A model generated the notes under the pieces. The model made no database searches and was not told the DNA's origin. It worked only from the letters and a program-made list of their open reading frames with translations. A program made the position numbers and the translations under genes. A DNA stretch of 61,752 nucleotides, the filler included, from Jimgerdemannia flammicorona (Eukaryota), in assembly GCA_003990765.1 (NCBI GenBank). It is 2 parts of 2 records of this genome, joined end to end, with 100 filler letters (N's around TTAATTAATTAA, not from the genome) between each part and the next. Parts side by side here need not be neighbours in the genome. Positions count along the whole stretch, not along the records: positions 1 to 30,836 come from RBNJ01000422.1; 1 more part is not named here. The stretch is one strand, 5' to 3'. This document shows positions 1-10,525 of this stretch, in pieces. Positions within the stretch are counted from its first letter, which is position 1. Every line of letters starts with the position of its first letter.

Positions 1-35
<35 letters not shown>

Positions 36-36
<1 letters not shown>

Positions 37-311
37 CAGGACATGAGTGTGTCTGCAGGACACAGGTAAACAATCCTAATCTGGTGTCTTGGCTAATTAT
101 AAGTGTGGCAGGCATGAGTAACTATGATACACTGGAAGTCACATCATGCTGAGTAAGTATGCTAATTGTTTACGTCATCTGACTAAGTTATAATTTGGGT
201 GGTACATTTTGGTCTGTTACATCAGCCCCCACTGAAGGGTAGTCTATCCCAGACTATTCTTCAGTCATCATCCCAATAGGCATAAGCAGCTTCTGCATCT
301 ATACCTGTTCC
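36..311 (-). mobile_element. Ty3/Gypsy remnant related to element C: part of the 3' LTR (36-221), PPT, and the C-terminus of the accessory ORF
   Basis: 165-311 aligns by eye with 44425-44570 (TGTTACA-tcagccccc-actgaagggtagtctatcccagactattcttcagtcatcatcccaa). The minus strand encodes GIDAEAAYAYWDDD*, matching element C's DIDAEAVYAYWDDD*. Confidence 0.8.
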
Positions 312-329
312 TAGTGCTCCAAATGAATG

Positions 330-535
330 GAGTTGATCCGGATGAGATTCGATTCAGATTCGTCATGTAATAGATTCGAATCAACTCAGATTGGTCTTGT
401 AATCTGATCCGGATTGATCCGGATTGATCCAGATTGATCCATCTGGATTGATCCATCTGGATTGATCCATCCAGATGATCCATCCAGATGATCCATCCAG
501 ATTGACCCATTCAGATTGATCCATTCAGATTGAAA
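330..535. repeat. Left subterminal repeat array of the hAT element
   Basis: Many tandem GATTGATCC / GATCCATCCAGAT units just inside the TIR. Confidence 0.85.
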
Positions 536-714
536 TCTTTGGTGATTTCATCCTTTCTTTTGTTCATTTCACTTTTGTTTTTTTTTTCTGCCACACTTTG
601 GTGATATCACCCTTTCCTTTATTCCCTCTCTTTTCTTTGTTCTTTTTCTTTATTCTTTCCTGCTGCATCACAAGCAAACAAAACAGCAGCCCTTAATTTA
701 TACATTGGTCCAGT

Positions 715-2728
715 CTACTCATTTTTCACCTTGCAATAATCATCAAAAGAGGGAGTATTCGAGGTGGAAACATACTCTCTGCTGACAATGTTAGATTCTT
801 TCTCATATGGACAGCACACAAGCTGCTCATCGAGAGCCAAAGGGGTGATAGCAGTGGTGGTGGTGATGGCGATGGCAGGGATGAGGGAGAATTTTGGTAA
901 CAACTCACAGTGGCCCTTTGGACCTCGGAATTCACAGACTTCACAGCTATGTATATAGCAGCCTTTTTGGAGTAGCCGATAGTAGATGTAGGTTACTCAC
1001 TCGGCCGCCACTTGTTTACTTGTGTTTATTTATTTAAACTTCCCCAGCATGACCCAATTCACCTCATGCTTTTCTTAGGGTCCACAGCTCTACAGCGAGA
1101 ATCTGCTGACTTTATTCACAATATCTGGTCAAGATGAAGAAAGGCTGGTGGATGTTGCGGAGCATGCCTTTGGTGGCTGAGCTGTTGAGTCAATGCATCA
1201 CATGGCAGAGGTCTCAAAAGGAATAGAAGCAAGCCTTCATGAGCAATTCTTGTACAACTCATGCAACTTGTCGGCATGCAACTCATCAGCATACAGCTCA
1301 CTCACTTATGCTCTTTTTCTGAAATACCCCCTAAAAAACACCCACACCCGCATGCAACCTGCACACAACCCATCTGCACACAACCTGCCTGCCCGCATGC
1401 AACCCGCCCACATGCAACCCGCCCACAACCCACCTGCACACAACCCGCCCACATGCAACCCATCCACATACTTATCTCGGTCCCTCAGATCAGGGCTCAG
1501 TTCCATTGGAAAGGAGAGTTCAAAGTTACCTGAGTTTAACCATGTCCGGTATCTGATCAAATAGAGAAATTCGAGGGCAAGATGTTCAGCATGAGTAGTA
1601 CCAGCATTGTCATCAAGGCTTGGGGGTCTACATTTGAATCAGAGCCAATCGTACTCAACCAAGGGGTCCATTGGCCAGCAGGAGTAACCAACGATGAAGA
1701 GAACTATATCTTTATTAACGAATGCGGAGAGATGGTTGCGATGGTGGTAAGAAACCTCTATGGTGACGAGCTTCACCACCACATCAACGAGATTTATGAG
1801 GATTGTGTCAAATACTGGGTAGCAGGGAAGAGGGAGTGAAAAAAGCAAGGAGGGGGGGTTTGGATGGAAATTGGGTATACTGCAATACTGGTGAAGGGTG
1901 GGTTCCGAAATCCCCCACACTCATCTCCCTTTTTTTTTAACCCCTCTCCAGATAAATCACACTCTTCGCCGACATACTCTTTTTGATACAATTCCAGGAA
2001 TGCACAAGATTCTGTACCCCTACCAGAACTTTAGAAGTGCCGTCGAAGAGCAAACTGCATGCGAGCATGACACAGCCTGTGCGGCGATGGCGGCTATGAT
2101 CTGGAGTTCTTTGAGCAGATTGATAGAGTGTACAGCAGGCCAGCTTGGTGGTGATCTTGGCACAGCTGTATATACATTCTTGGCGCAATTTAGCATGCCA
2201 TATGAGGTGAGGAGCTCCGCTTTTTCGGGGTGCTACAGCCTGGGGGTTTCTGCAGCCCGGGGGGTTTCTGCCCCCTGAATGCAAAAAGGACTGACTGGTT
2301 GCCGTCCGTTTTGGCAGATTTCCAAGCTGGGGCTCCCGGGGCTAGACCAAGGGCAGACATCCACCAGCACAGCCTGGCAGTATGAGGTCCTGGACCAAGG
2401 GTTCACCCAACCATATACTCACATCACATCAGGATATGTTGGGCGCAACCTTTCTCTGCCCACACACACAGACAACAATGTCACCCCGGTAATGTTTTAT
2501 GTCCCAGAAAGGAAGGGCCCAACCTGGGAGAATAGTGGTGGAGTCTGATACGACCTCACCTATGGTTTCAGGGTCCTGTTTGCAGCCAACATGGCTGTCC
2601 TATTCCAACCACATGACCACTACGGTACTGTTGCCTTTGAGGAGAGCTCGGACACAACAGTCGTCACACTCACAACGGATGACAGGCTCATCAAGGCCTG
2701 GGACCAGCGGATGGAGCAGTTTTTGTGA
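715..2728 (+). pseudogene. Multi-exon TET/JBP-like 2OG-Fe(II) dioxygenase cargo gene (nonsense mutations; 5' end approximate)
   Basis: Intron 2207-2317 (GT..CTGAC..CAG) joins in frame to a last exon reading ...SGYVGRNLSLPTHTDNNVTPVMFYVPERKGPTWENSGGV*YDLTYGFRVLFAANMAVLFQPHDHYGT...TDDRLIKAW. HxD is at 2465-2473; the distal H/YGT is at 2618-2629 (YHGI in copy 2). Upstream exons are bounded by GT-AG introns. Confidence 0.7.
1345..1465. repeat. 15-bp tandem repeats (CATGCAACCCGCCCA-like) in an intron of the cargo gene
   Basis: Repeated caacc(c/t)gc(c/a)ca units; a decayed version lies at about 28785-28925. Confidence 0.75.
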
Positions 2729-3009
2729 GGGTTAGGCAATCTTTCATGAGGGTTAGGCAGCAATTTTGTGCGGGTTGGGCAGTCTTATGTGGGGGGGTTG
2801 GGCCAGACACCTCTTATGTAGCACTAGCTTAGCCATTATGCAGGGCCCTATCGGCCCCTCGGCTCTGCTCTGTAGTGCCACTAGTGCAGCGCTATGGCGC
2901 AGGGCCGGGGTGCCCATGGGACCCGAACTGGCGACTTCGACTACCGAAAACGCCCTCCAACCACCAGAAGCACCCTCCAACCGCCAGAAGCACCCTCTAC
3001 CCTAGACTC

Positions 3010-3365
3010 CTTGGTGGCTTGGGGCTGCCCCTATGCCGCTGGCAGAGGGCCGCAAATTTTGCACGCTCTCTCCGCCTACTCTGCCCACCAACCGACCCCA
3101 CCCACTGACCCAGGCACTGACAGCTTGGGGCTACCCCTTGCTGCTGGCGGAGGGCCGCAAATTTTACATGCTCCCTCCACCTCCCCCCCGACCCGGACAC
3201 TTGTGGCTTGGGGCTGCCTCTTGCTGCCGGTGGAGGGCCGCAAATTTTGCGCGCTCCCTCCACCGACCCGCCCACCGACCCGCCCACTGACCCAGGTACT
3301 GGCAGCTTGGGGCTGCCCCTTACTGCTGGCTGAGGGCCACAAATATTGCATGCTCCCTCCGCCGC
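3010..3365. repeat. Four ~85-105 bp GC-rich direct repeats between the convergent cargo and transposase genes
   Basis: GCTTGGGGCTGCCC...GCTGGCGGAGGGCCGCAAATTTTGCACGCTCCCTCC recurs four times; decayed copies lie at 30535-30790. Confidence 0.8.
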
Positions 3366-3498
3366 TGCCACTGCCAACTCTGCCCCACTTTGGCTGCAAA
3401 CTCTGGGCCGAGTCCTCAGGTTTTTTTCCTTTTTATTAATTTGAAAGGTATTAAATATTCCACAAGGCCAACCAACTTATTCGCGGACCTGCCGAATT

Positions 3499-6060
3499 TT
3501 AGCGGCCTGAGCCCCACCAAGACTTCAGATACATACATGCCTGGATTGTCTCAGCATTCAGCACACACCTCTTTGGAGCAATGAGGTCTACCCCACCTAA
3601 GAACACCTACTCGACGGGAGCGCTGGAGGCAAGAATCGCCAGGTAGTCCCGAGCTATACCACACAGACTGGGGAAGTCCGTTTGATGCAGCTGCATGCCC
3701 CAGTGGATAGAGCGGTGGTTAGATTGGTGGGTTAAATTGGCCCAACACCCGCCTGACAACCCACCTTCCACCAGTTGAGTACCTCCATGCCCTCCAGCAG
3801 GACCACGTGGTCACTGGCAAGGTAAATGGTAAGTTCATCTATTGACAGTAGCTCTTCCACTGACAGCTCCCTCTTCCTCTTTCTGCCGAAGTAAATGTGG
3901 GACAGGAGGGATCCCTCAGCATATTCGTCCGGACTTTGGCCAGAACCTTGCAGTGGTGCATAGTTTTTCCGGTACACTTCAATTACAGCCTGTTTGGTTC
4001 TCTCAATGAAGTGCTGCTCCCAGCCCTAATCTTTATAGTATTGTAGCTTTAAGTGTGGGTCCAGTACTGTTCGAAGAAAAGGAGAGTGAGTTTTTGCAGG
4101 GTTTCCTCTGTTTTGGAAGGGGCAACGGCCATATGCCGACATCGACATACCTGTACTGATTGAGTATATGGCGGTATCTGTTTGGGTGTAGTATTTTCTA
4201 AGTTTGCTTAGAGCAACCTTCATAGCGTCTCTCTGATCTGGGCTCAACCATAAATCACTGCAACCCTCCAGCCTGTCCTTGAGCTTGTCCTCTAGCAAGT
4301 CAATCAGAAGGTTGTATACCGGTATCGCAGAGCTTATTGTTGGGGTCGTTTGTTTGACTATATCCTTCATACAATCGTCGAAACACTGGCAGTTATATGT
4401 GGTGAGGTGTTGCACTGTGTGGAGGCAGACAAAATGAGTGTGGAGCCAGGGCAACCACTACTTACTTCCAAAACTCTGACAACATTCCTAAGTACATTCC
4501 ACTTGCTTTCACCTAGAGCCTCAGCCCATATTTCCTTGTTGGCAGCCATCATTGAATCTATTGGCTTTTTTTTTTTTTTTAAAAATAAATCTTCCATCAT
4601 CTGAAACAGTTGCTTCAGCTGACCGAAGAAAAAAAGGATGCATACCACAGCAAACTCCAGTGCGTGCTGGATCATTGCAAATGTTGAGTTCCAATGCATA
4701 CAGACATCCAATATAAGCTCTTTCGGGGCTAAACTGATTGCCCTACACTGTGCAGCAAATTTATCTCGTCATTGTGGGGATGATCGGACTGACACAACCA
4801 GTTTGTGCAGCTTGGAAATTATACTCAGAGCCCCTCCTCTCTCAGATGTTTTGTCTATATGTGTAAGATAGTCCTGAACAGTGAGGTTCAGTACATGGGC
4901 CTGGCATTGCACACAGCAGCTTTTTGCACTGAAGGCCACATTTTTCTGTTTGAGGCTGACCACTAAAACTTGGAAAAATGTTGAGTTGTTTGTAGCATTG
5001 TCTATCATAATGTCCAAAATCTGTACTTGAAATATTTGGTTGACAAATTTATGTGAAAATAAGTAACCAATAAAATCTGGTTTGGTTTAGGACCTCTCTC
5101 AAAATGCCAACCTGATGGCAAGCCCCCCTTTTTTACCTTAGTGGTATTCCCAAGCTCCTGGATATAACTAATAAAAGCATTTGCGATGTTGTCTCCAGAA
5201 TGAGGGCCAGCAAGTTTGATGAAGTCAAGAGTGAGAGATTTAAGCTGCCAATCGAGGTCAATCCAATGACCGGTAATGCCCAGAAATGAAATTGCATTAG
5301 AGGATGTCCATGTGTCGATCATAAATGAAATTTTGCCTGCCAAATTCTGCTTATTGAATGTGAGGTTAAATTGGTGAGCTCTTTTATATAATTCAGCTTG
5401 TAAAGATCATGGTGCTGCCCTTATTTTATCTGAAGTGTCTGGCAGAGATTATTGTGCTCCTTCCTATAGACCTCCAGGACATCTTTGTGAATAGTATCAG
5501 TACTTGGCAAATATAAATCATACTTGAGGAGGCCAAAGATGCTATGCAATTGATCACTCTCAATAGTTGTGAATGGCTGGTCTGTGTACACAATCCAGCA
5601 AATGAGCTGATTTTGAAATTCTGCTAAAGAGTATAGCTAAATATTTTTGATTAAATGGCATTATTGGTACAGAAATGGTCAGGCAATTGAATAAATGTAC
5701 CCACCACAGCTTGGATGTCGATTTTATTTGTCTCCATATTCTTTTTGATTTTGTCAGAGTGCTTGTCTTTTATGTGTTGATTTATGTTCAAAGTCGTACC
5801 CCCAAGCATTTTGAACTTCTGGCTGATGCAGTTCATGGGGGTGGATGAAACAATATCATATATGTGTCAAAACAATATCATGTGTGTGTCAAAACAAAGT
5901 GTCAATAGGTGTGTCTTAATTTTTTACCTACAATAATTACAAACAACATCATCTCCTATCTTAGCACAATGTTGCCAGATTTCAGAGTGAGGATTGCATG
6001 GAAGGTGTGGAACTATCAGAGATGTTTGACTTGAAGCATCATCAGTACTGTGAACTGTTG
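3499..6060 (-). pseudogene. hAT transposase, intron-containing, with stop codons
   Basis: BED-like SEIWQHC..VVCNYC; ISFMIDTWTSSNAISFLGITGHWID; IDNATNN; CQAHVLNL; HWNST; LDPHLK; C-terminal dimerisation region VLNWWK/..FPSLCGIARDYLAILASSAPVE*VF...CMYLKSW. Confidence 0.92.
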
Positions 6061-6174
6061 AAGACTGATCTGTCGATATGTGTATTTGCATGTTTGTGTG
6101 TGCATGTGTATGCATATATATGTATGCGTGTGTGTGTATTGTGTTGTAGACACGTCCAGCATATGAGTCATGTG

Positions 6175-6595
6175 GAGGATTGGATTGGAGGATTCGGTTG
6201 AAGGATTCAGATGAGGATTCAGATTGAAGGATTCAAATTGGAGGATTTGAATTAGAGGATTCCAATTGGAGGATTCAAATTGGAGAATTCGAATTAAGTG
6301 ATTCAGATTGAATGATTCAGATTGAGTGATTCAAATTGAGTGATTCGGATTAGAGTGGTTTGGATGGGTGATTCGGATGGGTGATTCGGATGGGGTGATT
6401 TGGATGGGGCGATTCAGATTGAGTGATTTGGATTGAGTGATTTGGATTAGAGTGGTTCAGATGGGTGATTTGGATGGGGTGATTCAGATGGGGCAATTTG
6501 GATTAAATCCAAGTTGATTCGGATAGCTTCGGATTTGAGATTTGAATCAAACCATCATGTAATGAATTGAATCTGGATTTGATTCGAATTGACTC
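6175..6595. repeat. Right subterminal repeat array of the hAT element
   Basis: Tandem GGATTC(A/G)(A/G)ATTG / GGTGATTCGGATG units next to the right TIR. Confidence 0.85.
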
Positions 6596-6608
6596 ATTCG
6601 GAGCACTA

Positions 6609-6900
6609 CTCTTTGCTTTGAACTATTTCAATCTGAGGTTTATTCACTTAAAGATACTGGGTTATTTATACAAGTTTGCTGACTATGAGATGGTTACTGG
6701 ATTATGTGGCTAAGTTATGAGTCATTTAATACTTTGTGAAATATTTTGCCAGTTGTGAAATGCTATACTAAATCAAGAAGCTCAATCTTGCACTTTGCAA
6801 AATATTTCGCAAATGGCAGAATCGAGAACTGCTAACTATGTGGCTATACTACTTTGGAACTAGGTGTGATCAAGTATCTGTTCCCTATTTCCTTCTTCCA
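6609..6900. mobile_element. LTR fragment related to the element C LTR family
   Basis: ctttgctttgaactatttcaatctgaggtttattcact...atttatacaagtt resembles 44150-44215 and 59520-59585. Confidence 0.5.
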
Positions 6901-6949
6901 AATCTGGCTATACCATTATACTATATAAGAATCTGACAGATTATTAAAC

Positions 6950-9600
6950 TGTAAGTATATTGTTATAAGTCTTTTAAATAATAAATCAAGACAAGATAAC
7001 AACAATGATATTAATAAAGATTATAAAAAAAAAAATATTCTATAGAGTATATATATAGGCAAACTAAAGATAAGTATATAAGACTAATAAATACTTCTAC
7101 TATAATAAGCCTAGATATCATATACAAGATTATAACTTTAAAAAGAAGAATAAGAGTAATCAATAAGAACAATATAGATAAATAAATATTATAAATACTA
7201 ATAACAATAAAGATAGTAGAGATCTGTTCTTTATAGAAGTAATAACCTATCTATATAGAAGGAGATATGTATAAAAGAAATTTTAGAAAATACTTTTATA
7301 CTGATAAAAAATATTTCAGATAAAACTATATTTAGTATTAGTACTAGTATTAATATATATAAGCTATATCTAATAGTATTAATAAATAATAAAGAAGTCT
7401 GACTTATGAATTCTGATATAATACAATATATAATAATATACTATAAGTAATTCTCTATATATAAGTAGTTTAAGTATCTTATATTTATCAAATTAAGTAA
7501 TAATAATATTATCTATACTTAAGACAAAGGTAATATTAGTTGATAAACCCTCAAGCATCTTTGTAGATATACTATATATTCTAGATATAGGTAAGAATCT
7601 CTTCTCAATAGACTAGATGATGACTTGAAGAGATAAAAGAGTAAATATATATATAACTAGTGTGATGATAATTAATCTGAAAAATAATAAGAAGTTAATA
7701 TATATAATAAAAAGAAGGAATCTATATATAATTAATGATATACTAAATAGTATATTATTAATATATTTTGCAATAGTAACTGATACCTAATATATAGTAT
7801 GAATACTTAGGACACATTAGTAAGATATACTTAGAACAGATAATAAAGAGTAGTTTGATAAGAAAATTATTAGACTATTTATCTCTGAACTTCTTTTATA
7901 ATAATTATATAGCAAATAAGACTTTTTAGTAACCTTTTTATAAATAGACAAAGTGTATGAATAGTATTCTCAACTTTATATATATAGATATCTACAACTA
8001 TATATATATATTAATATATTCTAAAAAGAGATATTTTATTAACTTTATTGATAATTATACTTGTAAGACTTATATATACTTTTTTAGAGCAAAATGTGAG
8101 ATATTTGAGAAGTTTAAAGAGTTTAAGACAAGTATAGAGAATGTGACTAGATATCAAATATAGATACTATACTCAGATAATAGTATAGAGTATATGAATA
8201 AGATTTTAAATACTTTTTAAAGAAGTATGAGATATAGTATCATATGATAATACTTTATACTCTCTAGCAGAATGGTATGATAGAGTGTTTCAACTAAATA
8301 ATAATAGAGATAGTATATACTACATATACTCAATGTGGTTAGCTTACTATACTTATTTTGGAATAAATATATATATATAGTAGTATATCTATAATTATTA
8401 AATTTTTTGATCTCTAAGTAAGAGATATAGAATTCTATAGAAATAGTGATGAAATTAGTAATTAATAATCTAGAAATAATAACCTTACTCTTGAAAAATT
8501 ATAGAGTAGATCTAAGTCTGATATTTTATATAAAAATATTTAGAAGTAAGACTTACATCCTAGATAAGAGTAGTAATAGAGATAAATTAGAGTCTAAAAT
8601 AGATAAGTATATATTCCTTAAATATAATAGAGTAATATATAGACTATAAAATCTATAGAAATGATATATAGTTATTTCTTATAATATTTAATTTAAAGAA
8701 AAGACTGAAGAGTAGAAAATTTATATAGGAATTCTTATATCTAGTTTAATAATGGGTTTGCTAGTATTATTTATACTAAAGATAAGTATAATACTCTACA
8801 CCTAATCTAATAGTCAAGATTCTGATAGTATAACTCATACTTATATATATCTATAAGATTCTCTGAATGAAGAATTATAGAAATTATAGATGAGAACAAT
8901 AATAAAGAAGAGGATATCTCTCCAAAGAGTAAAAAAAAGTACAAATCTAGAGAATAAAATGAAACTTAAGCAGATTTAGAAAGTTATTGGAATCAATTAA
9001 GATATCTCATTATAAATATTATATGAACTATATCTGTAAGTATACTTATATAACAATAACCAATAAGTTAGTAAACTATAATAAAGCTATATATTTAGAT
9101 AATAAAAAAGAGTGAAAAAATACTATATATGAGAAGTATAGTTTACTCATTAAGAATAATATCTGGAATTTAATCTTTCTCTTAGTAAATTGATAATAAT
9201 AAAATCTTACTAAGTATATAAAATCAAGTATAAAGTAATAGTAGTATAGAGTAATATAAGATCTAATTTATAGCAAAGAGATATTTATAAGATTTTAATA
9301 TAGACAATAATAAGACTTTCTCTCTAATATTTAAGCTTACTTTACTTAGAATACTTCTTATAATTATAGTTAAATATAACTATAAAATCTACTAAATAGA
9401 TATAAAGATAGTATTTCTGAATAGAGATATAGAGATCAAACTATATATCTATATAATAATAAGCAAAAAGAGCTAATATATAAACTATGTAAAGATCTCT
9501 ATAGTATTAAATAAGTAGTAAGGCTATAGAACTAAAAAATTAATAAATATCTTATAGAAGATAATAAATTTAAGTATTATAAAACAGATATATATATACT
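6950..9600 (+). mobile_element. Ty1/Copia pol relic, heavily decayed by transitions
   Basis: Order is protease, integrase, RT. Motifs: LMNSD (DSG), GKNLFS, LGH, KRYFINFIDNYTCKTYIYFF..K.EIFEKFKEF, YSDNSIEY, QNG..E, and IDIKIVFLNRDI (= MDVKTAFLNGDI). Confidence 0.85.
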
Positions 9601-10525
9601 TAGTATATATTCTTAGAAATAATATAGTTAAGTTACTGGACAATAGCTAACTTAAATTCATGAAGATATAGTACTCAGTGAGAGAGTAGAAGAGGGGTTT
9701 GACCTATATAGTCTAAGTTTTCTTTTAATAAAAATTCATAGAGAGAATATTTCTATTATATATATATATATATAAAGTAATAATCAATAAATAAATAAAA
9801 TAAATAATATTAAAAGAAATACATATTAAGTTAGAAATAATTAAGAAATAAAAGAACAAGAGAAATAGCTTTTATAAATATATATTTAACTATATTTAAA
9901 ATATGTAAGAGAAAATTAAATTATATATTATAATAGATATTAAAATATAATAATAAATTATTTAAGTATTTATAAAGATTTTTTATTTTATTTTTAAATT
10001 CTTAAATAAACTTTTAATATAATATAAAAATAATAATTAATATCTAAATGCTTAGTTTTTTTATTTTAAAAAAAAATAATAAAAAGAAAATAATTTAATA
10101 AATATATTTAAATTTAAAATATAAATAAAATTTCAGAAAAAGTATATTAAAATAAATTGATCATAGTTTCTAGATATATATATCATTTAAAGAATATGCA
10201 ACTTGAATAATAATTGCCCTTTGTTTTTTACAATCAAATAGACATATGTAGGATATGTGGATTTCCCTAAAGCTCGGTAGGCCACATGACGTGCCGCGCC
10301 ACATGTTGTTTTAACTCGATGTGGACTTTTCCGGTTTGAGCACAAACAGATATACTGCGGCGGAGTCATCGGCACAGTAGTTTTTGCTTATGCTGTATCA
10401 CAACTAAAACAATGTCACCATTTTTTTTGAGGTGAGGCGACCACCAAACCCCAAATACGTACACCGAGACATGTTTTTCTCTCGTTCGTTTTCGAATTAC
10501 TTTGTGATAACTCAAACCCCTCCCC

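Larger units (their letters stand above)
312..6608 (-). mobile_element. hAT-superfamily DNA transposon (decayed) carrying a TET/JBP-like cargo gene
   Basis: Terminal inverted repeats TAGTGCTCCAAATGA (312) and TCATTCGGAGCACTA (ends 6608), subterminal repeat arrays at both ends, and an internal hAT transposase. The 8-bp flanks do not match. Confidence 0.9.

Noticed and set aside
1..35. Poly-A (also 30937-30952 and poly-T 31691-31742) as retroposon tails
   Set aside because: Contig-edge or simple homopolymers with no associated element body or TSD.
36..48. GCAGGACATGAGT shared with the window end (61734-61746), suggesting circularity or a giant terminal repeat
   Set aside because: Only 13 bp, on different contigs, and both in repeat DNA.
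330..535. Short repeats here, at 6175-6595 and at 31874-31997 as CRISPR arrays
   Set aside because: No constant repeat with unique spacers, no cas genes, and a eukaryotic context; these are transposon subterminal repeats or a minisatellite.
2753..3439. Several overlapping ORFs of 75-181 aa
   Set aside because: They arise from the GC-rich repeat cassette and show no domain signal.
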